A stretch of 64,000 nt of DNA from Thalassobaculaceae bacterium (GTDB lineage: Bacteria > Pseudomonadota > Alphaproteobacteria > Thalassobaculales > Thalassobaculaceae). The notes beneath the pieces are model-generated. The model saw nothing but the letters and a program-made list of their open reading frames with translations. It did no database searches and had not been told where the DNA came from. The stretch covers positions 1,780,616 to 1,844,615 of the forward strand of contig OZ245843.1 of NCBI GenBank assembly GCA_965228875.1, written 5' to 3'. Positions 56,292-64,000 of the stretch are shown here, piece after piece (position 1 is the first letter of the stretch; each line of letters starts with the position of its first letter). The position numbers were made by a program, and so were the translations under genes.

Positions 56292-57461
56292 ATGTACAAG
56301 GTCATCGTGATCGGTCGCGGCCTCATCGGCAGCGCCGCCGGCCGTCATCTCGCCGGAAGCATGGACGGTGTCGCCCTGCTCGGTCCTGACGAACCGGAGA
56401 ATCCGGCGACCCATAGCGGCGTCTTCGCCAGTCACTACGACGAGGGCCGGATGACCCGGATCGTCGATCCGGATCCGGTGTGGTCGGTGACGGCCATGCG
56501 GTCGATCGACCGATATGCCGAGATCGAGGCGGAGAGCGGTATCCGGTTCTTCACGCCCTCCGGCTACCTGGGTCTGAGCGGACCGGCTTCCGACTATCTG
56601 CAGCGATCCGAGGCAGCCGGGAGACCCAACGGGGCGGAGACCGAATGGCTCGACGCCACCGGGATCGGCACGCGGTTTCCCTTCCTTTCGGTCGCGTCGG
56701 ACACCACCGGTCTGCACGAGACCGGCCGCGCCGGCCATGTGAGCCCGCGCGCCATGGTCCGCGCCCAGACAGAGGCCGCCCGCCGTCGCGGCGCCGCCGT
56801 CATCGCGCAGGAGGCCTCGGCGATCCGGTCGGTGGGTGGAGGTGTCGAGGTCGACACCGTGGGCGGCGACACCCTGCGCGCAGAGAAAGCCCTGATCGCC
56901 GCCGGTGCCTTCACCGACGCCTGCGGCCTGACCCCGGCACCGCTCGAGCTCCGCGTCTTCGGCCGGACCGTGGTGCTCGCGCGCATCGAAGGCGACCTGC
57001 TCGATGAACTGGCGGACATGCCGACCCTCGGCCAGGCCGAAACCGGCGCCTACATCCTGCCGCCGATCCGCTATCCCGACGGCCACAGCTACCTGAAGAT
57101 GGGCCTGGGCAGCACGGACGACCCGGACCTGCGCACCCGCGAGGACTTCACACGCTGGTACAGGAGCGCCGGATCGGAGGCCAACCGCCGGGATTTCCGC
57201 GAGTTCTTGACCGCTCTGATCCCCAGCCTCGCGCGCTGCGGAACCTGGACGTCGACGACCTGCTCGGTCGCCTGGACCGCCACCGGCTACCCCTATATCG
57301 ACACCGTGGCGGGCACCAACATCACGGTCGCGGTAGGCGGCAACGGCAAGGGCGCGAAATCATCCGACGACTGGGGCTGGATCGCGGCGCGGATGGTCGC
57401 CGGCGGCGATTGGGACCACCCGGTCGACGCCGGACTGCTGCGCCGCCCCGACCGGCACTGA
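56292..57461 (+). CDS. FAD-dependent oxidoreductase (DAO/sarcosine oxidase-like)
   Basis: VIGRGLIGSAA, SHYDEGRMTR, AAGAF, GGNGKGAKSSD. Confidence 0.88.
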   Translation: MYKVIVIGRGLIGSAAGRHLAGSMDGVALLGPDEPENPATHSGVFASHYDEGRMTRIVDPDPVWSVTAMRSIDRYAEIEAESGIRFFTPSGYLGLSGPASDYLQRSEAAGRPNGAETEWLDATGIGTRFPFLSVASDTTGLHETGRAGHVSPRAMVRAQTEAARRRGAAVIAQEASAIRSVGGGVEVDTVGGDTLRAEKALIAAGAFTDACGLTPAPLELRVFGRTVVLARIEGDLLDELADMPTLGQAETGAYILPPIRYPDGHSYLKMGLGSTDDPDLRTREDFTRWYRSAGSEANRRDFREFLTALIPSLARCGTWTSTTCSVAWTATGYPYIDTVAGTNITVAVGGNGKGAKSSDDWGWIAARMVAGGDWDHPVDAGLLRRPDRH

Positions 57462-57467
57462 CCGACG

Positions 57468-57496
57468 GCGCCACGGAAAGTTCACGAAACCGGTTC
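57468..57496 (+). promoter_or_regulatory. Possible degenerate Pho box upstream of the phosphonate genes
   Basis: GCGCCAC-GGAA-AGTTCAC-GAAA-CCGGTTC; 11-bp periodic, weak match to CTGTCAT-N4. Confidence 0.25.
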
Positions 57497-57555
57497 TTGC
57501 CGACCCACTGCGTTGACGATTACATGCCCGGCTCGCGATCAACCGGGATCCGACC

Positions 57556-58686
57556 ATGCCTTATGACGTCGCCATTGTCGGAGCCGGAATTGTCGGCCTC
57601 GCCCACGCCCTCGCCGCCGCCCGGCGCGGCCGGCGCGTGGTGGTGATCGAGCGCGACGATTTCGCCACCGGAGCGTCGATCCGGAACTTCGGCTTCGTCA
57701 CGGTCACCGGCCAGCAGTCGGGCGACTGCTGGACCCTGGCCCGGCGCTCCCGCGATGTCTGGTCCGAAGTGGCGACGGCCGCGCGGATTCCGGTCCTGCA
57801 CCAGGGGCTTCTGGTCACCGCCCGGTACCCGGAGGCGGAGGCGGTGATCGACGCGTTCCTGGCCACCGAAATGGGCGAGGCCTGCGAACGGCTGACCGCT
57901 TCGGACGCGCGGCGGCGCTGCCCGGCGCTGCGCCCCGACGGCGTGACCGCGGCGCTGTACTCCCCGCACGAACTGCGGGTCGAGTCGCGAACAGCGATAG
58001 CGGCGCTGGCCCGCTGGCTGGCCGAGGTGCATGGCGTCACATTCCTGTGGTCCACCCTGGTCCATGCGGTCGAGACGCCGGTGCTTCGTACCACGCGCGG
58101 GGCCGTCGAGGCGGAGACGGTCATCGTCTGTCCCGGCGACAGCTACCAGGGCCTGTTCGCCGATCGCATCGCCGCCTACGCGCCGACCCGCTGCAAGCTG
58201 CAGATGATGCGGGTCGTCCCCGAAGCGTCGGTAACCCTGGGGTCGGCCCTGATGTCGGACCACGGCCTGGCGCGCTATCACGGCTACGCCGACCTGCCTG
58301 AGGCGCGGCCGCTGAAGGACCGGCTCGACCGCGAGCAGGCCGCCAAGCGCGAGAACGGCGTCCATCTGATTGCCGTTCAGTCGGCGGACGGCTCGCTTGT
58401 GGTCGGCGACACCCACCAGTACGGCGACACCCTGGACCCGTTCATTTCCGACGAGGTCAACGCCCTGGTCCTGGACGAACTGGACACGGTGCTGGACCTC
58501 GGCGCGCGCCGGGTGAGCGAGACCTGGATCGGGACCTACGCCAGCGCCGCCGACCGCTGGCGCTTCACCGACGCGCCGGACGACGCGACCCGGATCGTGG
58601 TGGTGACCGCCGGCTGCGGTGCCTCCACCGCGTTCGGCATCGGCGAAGAGACGATCAGCGACCTGTTCGGGAGCGAAGGGGCATGA
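57556..58686 (+). CDS. FAD-dependent oxidoreductase of the TIGR03364 type (aminophosphonate oxidation)
   Basis: VGAGIVGLAHA, GASIRNFG, CKLQMMR, GVHLIAVQSADGSLVVGDTH, WIGTY; ATGA-coupled to phnX. Confidence 0.88.
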   Translation: MPYDVAIVGAGIVGLAHALAAARRGRRVVVIERDDFATGASIRNFGFVTVTGQQSGDCWTLARRSRDVWSEVATAARIPVLHQGLLVTARYPEAEAVIDAFLATEMGEACERLTASDARRRCPALRPDGVTAALYSPHELRVESRTAIAALARWLAEVHGVTFLWSTLVHAVETPVLRTTRGAVEAETVIVCPGDSYQGLFADRIAAYAPTRCKLQMMRVVPEASVTLGSALMSDHGLARYHGYADLPEARPLKDRLDREQAAKRENGVHLIAVQSADGSLVVGDTHQYGDTLDPFISDEVNALVLDELDTVLDLGARRVSETWIGTYASAADRWRFTDAPDDATRIVVVTAGCGASTAFGIGEETISDLFGSEGA

Positions 58687-59462
58687 GCAAGTTCAAGGCG
58701 GTGGTGTTCGACTGGGCCGGCACGACGATCGATTTCGGCTCCTTCGCGCCGATGGGCGTCTTCGTCGAGGCGTTCAGGCGGTTTGGCATCGAGACCACGA
58801 TCGAAGAGGCGCGCGGCCCCATGGGGGCGCCGAAATGGGACCACATCAACGCGATGATGCAACTCCCCTCGGTCGTCGATCAGTGGCGGGAAAGGCATGG
58901 CGCCGCCCCGGCGACGGCCGACGTGGACCGGGTGTACGAGGTGTTCGTCCCGATGAACGAAGAGGTGGTCGCCGACTATGCCACCCTCGTCCCCGGCACC
59001 CGGCAGACGGTCGACTGGCTGCGCGGCAGGGGAATGAAGATCGGCTCCACCACCGGCTACACCCGCTCGATCATGGAGCGCGTCCTGCCGCTCGCCGCCG
59101 AGCAGGGCTACGTCCCCGACAACCTTGTCTGCGCCGATGACCTGCCCGAGGGCCGGCCGGGGCCGCTGATGATGTACAAGTGCTTCGTCGACCTCGTGGT
59201 CTATCCGCCGGCGGCGGTCATTAAGGTGGACGACACCGAACCCGGCATCGCCGAGGGCGTCGCCGCCGGCTGCGTGACCGTCGGCGTGGCCCTGTCCGGC
59301 AATGCCGTCGGCAGGACGCCGGAAGAGCTGTCGGCGATGTCGGAAGAAGAGATCGAACCGCTTCGCGCGGCGGCGACGGATCTGCTCAAGGGCGCCGGCG
59401 CCGACCACGTGATCGACACCATCGCGGACCTGCCGGCCCTGGTGGAGCGGCTGGAGACGTAG
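58683..59462 (+). CDS. phnX: Phosphonoacetaldehyde hydrolase (phosphonatase)
   Basis: FDWAGTTIDFGSFAP, ARGPMGAPKWDHI (Schiff-base Lys), STTGY, GRPGP, KVDDT. Confidence 0.96.
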   Translation: MSKFKAVVFDWAGTTIDFGSFAPMGVFVEAFRRFGIETTIEEARGPMGAPKWDHINAMMQLPSVVDQWRERHGAAPATADVDRVYEVFVPMNEEVVADYATLVPGTRQTVDWLRGRGMKIGSTTGYTRSIMERVLPLAAEQGYVPDNLVCADDLPEGRPGPLMMYKCFVDLVVYPPAAVIKVDDTEPGIAEGVAAGCVTVGVALSGNAVGRTPEELSAMSEEEIEPLRAAATDLLKGAGADHVIDTIADLPALVERLET

Positions 59463-59489
59463 TCGCATTCCAGCCGCGCCGGCGGCCCA

Positions 59490-60761
59490 TCAACTCTCGA
59501 TCTCGAGCGCCGGCAGAACCGTTCCGACACAGTCTCCGAACCCGACCCGGTAGTCGCCTTCGCACCAGCCGCGCAGGGTCACCGTGTCGCCGTCCTCGAG
59601 AAAGGTGCGGGTACCGCCCTCGACCGGGATCGGATCGCGGCCGTTCCAGCTCAGTTCAAGCAGCGACCCGAGGCTGTCCGGCGTCTGTCCGGACACGGTG
59701 CCGGAGCCGAGCAGGTCGCCCGTGCACATGGCGCAGCCCGACGAGGCGTGATGCGCCAGCTGCTGCGCCGAGGAATAGTACATGTCCCGGTAGTTGGTGC
59801 GGCTGACTGTGGTGGCCGCCCCGCCGCGCGGCGCCAGATCGACCTCCAGGCGAATGTCGAAATTGTTGGGCGCGCTCTCCTCCAGATAGGGCAGCAGCGG
59901 CGCAACCCGCTCCGGAGTCGATACCCGGAACGGCTCCAGGGCCTCCCGGGTCACCACCCATGGGCTGATCGTCGTCGCAAACCCCTTGGCCTGGAACGGC
60001 CCAAGCGGCTGGTACTCCCACACCTGAACATCGCGCGCCGACCAGTCGTTCAGCAGCACGTAGCCGAAAATCATGTCATAGGCCTCGGCCGTGGTGACCG
60101 GCCGTCCCATGGCGTTCGGCGTGCCGACGATGGCGCCCATCTCGAGCTCGATGTCGAGGCGCCGGCACGGACCGAACCGCGGTGCGGCATCGTCCGGCCC
60201 CTTGAGCTGGCCGTTCGGACGGTGAAACGGCGTCCCGGAGACCACCACGGTCGAGGCCCGGCCGTTGTAGCCGATCGGAATGTGCAGCCAGTTCGGCATC
60301 AGCGCGTTGTCGGCACCACGGAACATGGATCCGACATTGGTCGCATGCTCCTTGGAGGCGTAGAAATCGGTGAAGCTACGCACGAAGATCGGCAGATGCA
60401 GCGTCGCCGCCGCCTGCGGCACCAGGACCAGACCGTCCGGCCCGCCCCTCTTGGCATCCAGCAGGTCGGCGATCTGCGCGCGGGTCCGCGACCAGACATC
60501 CGGCACCAGGGCCATGAACGGGTTCAGCACCCCGTCGGCGAAGACCCTGCCGTCGGGCGACGGAACCAGTCCTCCGGTCTCCTCCAGAGCCGTCAGGTCG
60601 AGAATGCTGTCGCCGATCGCCACGCCGACGCGGCGCCGGCCCTCGCCTTCGGAGAACACGCCGAAGGGCAGATTCTGGATCGGAAAACCGGTGCCCGGCG
60701 CGTTCGCGCTCTCCACCCAGCTTTGGCGCGCCGGGTCGTGGGTTGCGTTCAGCCCGGCCAT
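59490..60761 (-). CDS. fahA: Fumarylacetoacetase
   Basis: FPIQNLPFGVF, DFYASKEHATNVG, PIGYNGRAS, LDIELE, NDWSARDVQVWEYQPLGPF, GDLLGSGT. Confidence 0.96.
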   Translation of the reverse strand: MAGLNATHDPARQSWVESANAPGTGFPIQNLPFGVFSEGEGRRRVGVAIGDSILDLTALEETGGLVPSPDGRVFADGVLNPFMALVPDVWSRTRAQIADLLDAKRGGPDGLVLVPQAAATLHLPIFVRSFTDFYASKEHATNVGSMFRGADNALMPNWLHIPIGYNGRASTVVVSGTPFHRPNGQLKGPDDAAPRFGPCRRLDIELEMGAIVGTPNAMGRPVTTAEAYDMIFGYVLLNDWSARDVQVWEYQPLGPFQAKGFATTISPWVVTREALEPFRVSTPERVAPLLPYLEESAPNNFDIRLEVDLAPRGGAATTVSRTNYRDMYYSSAQQLAHHASSGCAMCTGDLLGSGTVSGQTPDSLGSLLELSWNGRDPIPVEGGTRTFLEDGDTVTLRGWCEGDYRVGFGDCVGTVLPALEIES

Positions 60762-61327
60762 CAGGCGACCCCTCCGCGAGCCGCGGACTCCGGCGTGAAC
60801 GCGCGCTTGTGGAACCAGTCGGCGTGCTTCGGCGCCTTCTTGGTTTTCGACCAGTCCTCCAGCATCGCCCACTTCACCTCGTCCATGCGCTTTTGCAGGG
60901 CCGCCTCTTCCGGATCCGGACAGGCCAGTTCGACGCGGTGGCCGCTGGGGTCGAAGAAATAGATCGAGTGGAACATCGAATGGTCGGTGACGCCGAGCAC
61001 CTCGATGCCGTTGGCTTCCAGGTGCGCCTTGAACTCCAGCAGGGTCCGGCGGTCCTTCACCTTGAAGGCGATGTGCTGCACCCAGACCGGCGTGTTCTCG
61101 TCGCGTCCCATCTCCGGCTTGGTCGGCAATTCGAAAAAGGCCAGGACGTTGCCGTCACCGGCGTCCAGGAAGACGTGCATGTACGGGTCGGGCTCTTGGG
61201 TCGACGGCACCCGGTCCTCGGCGATGGCCAGCACGAAATCCATGTTCAGCATGCGGCCGTACCACTCGACCGTCTCCTTGGCGTCGCGGCAGCGATAGGC
61301 GACGTGGTGGATCTTCTCGACCTTCAT
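60761..61327 (-). CDS. VOC/glyoxalase family protein
   Basis: IHHVAYRC, YMHVFLD, LAFFE, QHIAF, SIYFFDPSGHRVE. Confidence 0.92.
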   Translation of the reverse strand: MKVEKIHHVAYRCRDAKETVEWYGRMLNMDFVLAIAEDRVPSTQEPDPYMHVFLDAGDGNVLAFFELPTKPEMGRDENTPVWVQHIAFKVKDRRTLLEFKAHLEANGIEVLGVTDHSMFHSIYFFDPSGHRVELACPDPEEAALQKRMDEVKWAMLEDWSKTKKAPKHADWFHKRAFTPESAARGGVA

Positions 61328-61330
61328 GTC

Positions 61331-61534
61331 TCAGGTGTCCTCCTTCTCGAACCGGGCGGCGGCGAGCGCCCCGGAGAGCACCTCACGGTCGCCGATGTGA
61401 TTGGCAAGGATGAGAATCAGCCGGGCGTTCAGCGCGTCGCTCTCCTCCTTCGCGAGCCCCTCGTGGGCGGCGATCAGTTCGGCGTAGAAGTCGTCCGGTG
61501 CGGCGATGTTCGGGGCGAGGATCAGGTCGGCCAC
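61331..61534 (-). CDS. DUF2783-like small protein
   Basis: PDDFYAELIAAHEGL...LNARLILILANHIGD. Confidence 0.85.
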   Translation of the reverse strand: MADLILAPNIAAPDDFYAELIAAHEGLAKEESDALNARLILILANHIGDREVLSGALAAARFEKEDT

Positions 61535-61537
61535 GGC

Positions 61538-63160
61538 TCAGGTCCTCCCGGTCGCTTTGCGGATGGCGGCGCGCATCGCCGCCTCGTCGTAACGGTCCCA
61601 GCGGGCGGCGACGTGCTGGTCCGGACGCAGCAGGTAGACCGCGCCCGCCGCCTCTCCGAGATAGCGAGCGGCAAGCGCCCCGCTCGGGTCGTCGGCGACC
61701 GACAACGCCAGGCGCGTCGCCACGACACCCTCCTCGGCAACCTTCTCGGGTGCGTGGGCGTCGATGCCGAGGATCCGGAAGCCGTCGCCCAGTCGGGCGA
61801 GCAGGAAACCGTCACCTAGCGGCGCGTCGGGGCACGGACTGCCGGGGCGGGTCCGCTCCGGGCCGGCCGGCAGTCCATCCGGTCCGTTCAACGGTGAACC
61901 ATCGTAGGTGCATGGCACCGAAAGCCGGCCGGAATTGACCAGCGGACGGGCGAAGGCGTAGTGCTCGCTCAGGTCCAGCACGGCGTCGCGGAACAGCCGG
62001 CTGGTCTCCGATTTCGGGGTGATGAAATCGGTGGAGCGAGTCGAGTTCAGGATGTTCTCGTCGGCCCCGTATTCCCGCTCGACGGCGTAGGTGTCGAGCA
62101 GGCTCTCGGGCGCCAGCGCCTGCAGCACCAGGTCGAGCTTCCAGGCCAGGTTGTCCGCGTCCTGCATGCCGGAGTTGGCGCCGCGGGCACCGAACGGCGA
62201 GACCTGATGGGCGGCATCGCCGGCGAACAGAACCCGGCCGTGGCGGAACCGGGTCATGCGCCGGCACTGGAACGTGTAGATCGATTTCCACACGATCTCG
62301 TAGGCGATGTCCGGTCCCAGCATCCGGTCGATCCTGGCGCGGACGTTCTCGTCCCTGAGTTCGAACTCGCGGTCGACGTCCCAGCCGATCTGGAAATCCA
62401 GGCGCCAGACGTTATCCGGCTGCCTGTGCAGCAGCGCGGACGATCCGGATTTGAACGGCGGGTCGAACCAGAACCGGCGCTCGGTCGGAAAGTCGACGTC
62501 CATCCGGACGTCGGCGATCAGGAAGCTGTCCTCGAACACCCGGCCCTCGAAGCCCAGGCCGAGCGCGTTGCGCACCGGCGATCCGGCGCCGTCGCAGGCG
62601 ATCACCCAATCGGCGACGATCCGGTAGCGACCGTCGGGCGTGAGAACCTCCAGCGTCGCGCCGTCGTCACCGGCCTCGAGCGCGTCGACCCGGTTGCGGC
62701 CGCGGATCTCGATCGGCGCACCGGCTGCCTGGGCCGCCCGCACCCGATCGACCAGAACCTTCTCCAGATAGGGCTGCTGCAGGTTGATGAAGGCCGGATA
62801 GCGGTGCCCGGTCTCCGGCAGCAGGTTGAACTCGAAGACCTGCCGGTCGCCATGGAAGACCCGGCCCACGTTCCAGACCACGCCCCGATCCACAAGGTCG
62901 CCGCCGCACCCGAGACGGTCGGCGATCTCCAGCGCCCGCTTGGCGACACAGATCGCGCGCGATCCCATGCCGATGCCCTCGTGGTCGTCGAGCACCAGCA
63001 CGGGAACGCCCCTCAGGCCCAGATCGAGGGCGGCGGTCATGCCGACCGGCCCGCCACCGACGATCACGACGGGGTGGCGCACCGGCCCCGGCACGTCCTG
63101 GTCGGCCGATCGCCGGTACGGATACTCCCGGAAGGCGAGCGTGTAGCGGTCCTGCATCAT
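61538..63160 (-). CDS. FAD-dependent monooxygenase (aromatic hydroxylase family)
   Basis: VGGGPVG, GSRAICVAKR, ACDGAGS, FAGDAAHQVSPFGARGANSG, LLRPDQHV. Confidence 0.92.
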   Translation of the reverse strand: MMQDRYTLAFREYPYRRSADQDVPGPVRHPVVIVGGGPVGMTAALDLGLRGVPVLVLDDHEGIGMGSRAICVAKRALEIADRLGCGGDLVDRGVVWNVGRVFHGDRQVFEFNLLPETGHRYPAFINLQQPYLEKVLVDRVRAAQAAGAPIEIRGRNRVDALEAGDDGATLEVLTPDGRYRIVADWVIACDGAGSPVRNALGLGFEGRVFEDSFLIADVRMDVDFPTERRFWFDPPFKSGSSALLHRQPDNVWRLDFQIGWDVDREFELRDENVRARIDRMLGPDIAYEIVWKSIYTFQCRRMTRFRHGRVLFAGDAAHQVSPFGARGANSGMQDADNLAWKLDLVLQALAPESLLDTYAVEREYGADENILNSTRSTDFITPKSETSRLFRDAVLDLSEHYAFARPLVNSGRLSVPCTYDGSPLNGPDGLPAGPERTRPGSPCPDAPLGDGFLLARLGDGFRILGIDAHAPEKVAEEGVVATRLALSVADDPSGALAARYLGEAAGAVYLLRPDQHVAARWDRYDEAAMRAAIRKATGRT

Positions 63161-63188
63161 GGCCGGTCTCCCCCGTCGGCTTGCGGGA

Positions 63189-64000
63189 TCAGGCCTGAAG
63201 GGCCTCCCACATCTCGACGTCGCGCTGGGCCGTCCAGATCCGCGGCGTGTCGATGCCGCGGGCCTCGTCGTAGGCGCGCGCCACGTTGAACGGCAGGCAG
63301 TGCTCGTAGATGGCGTAGTCCTTGAACTTGGCGTCGCAGGCGTCGCGCACCGCGTCCCACGCGTCCTTGAGACTGCCGCCGCGCGCCGCCACCCTCTGGG
63401 CCGGACGGTAGGTGCTCTCGACGAAATCCCGGGTCGCCTCCAGTGCGGCGTCCACCTGCCCGACACCGACCAGGGCGTCGCCGCGGCCCGGCGCGATCGA
63501 TTTCGGGTCGTAGGCCTTCACCGCATCCAGGGTGCCGCCCCAGTCCTCGAAATGACCGTCGCCGCAATAGCAGGCCGAGTGGTACTCGACGATATCGCCG
63601 GTGAACATGACCTGCTCGTCCGGCACCCAGATCACCGCGTCGCCGGCGGTATGGGCGCGGCCGATCTGCTTGATCTCGACCTTGCGGTTGCCAAGATACA
63701 CGGTCATCGAATCCGAGAAGGTGGTGGTCGGCCAGGTCAGGCCTGGAATGCTCTCGTGCCCCTCGAACAGGCGCGGAAAGCGCTGGAACTCGCTGTCCCA
63801 GTCCTCCTGACCGCGCTCCACCACCATGGCGCGGGCCTTGTCGGACATGATGATCTGCTGCGCGCCGAAGGCGCTGGCGCCGAGCACGCGCACCGCGTGA
63901 TAGTGGGTCATCACCACATGGGTGATCGGCTTGTCGGTGACCTCGCGCACCTTCTCGATCACCTTCTCCGCCAGGCGCGGCGTGGCCTGGGCCTCGACGA
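63189..64000 (-). CDS. MBL-fold protein, 5' end outside the window
   Basis: Frame is open to the window edge (...VEAQATPRLAEKVIEKV); THYHAVR, AHTAGD, FTGDIVE, APGRG. Confidence 0.9.
   Translation of the reverse strand, partial: VEAQATPRLAEKVIEKVREVTDKPITHVVMTHYHAVRVLGASAFGAQQIIMSDKARAMVVERGQEDWDSEFQRFPRLFEGHESIPGLTWPTTTFSDSMTVYLGNRKVEIKQIGRAHTAGDAVIWVPDEQVMFTGDIVEYHSACYCGDGHFEDWGGTLDAVKAYDPKSIAPGRGDALVGVGQVDAALEATRDFVESTYRPAQRVAARGGSLKDAWDAVRDACDAKFKDYAIYEHCLPFNVARAYDEARGIDTPRIWTAQRDVEMWEALQA

Overview
GC-rich chromosomal window of an alphaproteobacterium, most likely Rhodospirillales-like (inferred from gene content, CtrA boxes and a ChvI/ChvG-like pair). I saw no rRNA, tRNA, CRISPR array, integrase or transposase. 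In order: a truncated AT-richer lipoprotein gene missing from the ORF track; dnaB; a CtrA-boxed orphan; a gamma-glutamylation (puu/spu-type) amine catabolism cluster with alanine dehydrogenase, interrupted by a three-gene polymorphic toxin cassette (small accessory gene, PT-TG + CD38/ADP-ribosyl-cyclase-like toxin, Imm74-like immunity gene) with no secretion gene nearby; a solitary phage-type gene; a convergent chemosensory cluster with an apparently split CheB and no canonical CheY; a P-type ATPase; an IclR-controlled hydantoinase/oxoprolinase + ABC importer unit; a fused full-length ABC transporter; an envelope module (ECF sigma, unannotated 47-aa secreted peptide, ChvGI-like pair, lipoproteins, OmpA, phased direct-repeat boxes); metG; a GntR operon; a phnW-less phosphonate pair; and part of a fumarylacetoacetase-linked aromatic cluster. 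All family assignments come from reading motifs by eye; no database search was run.
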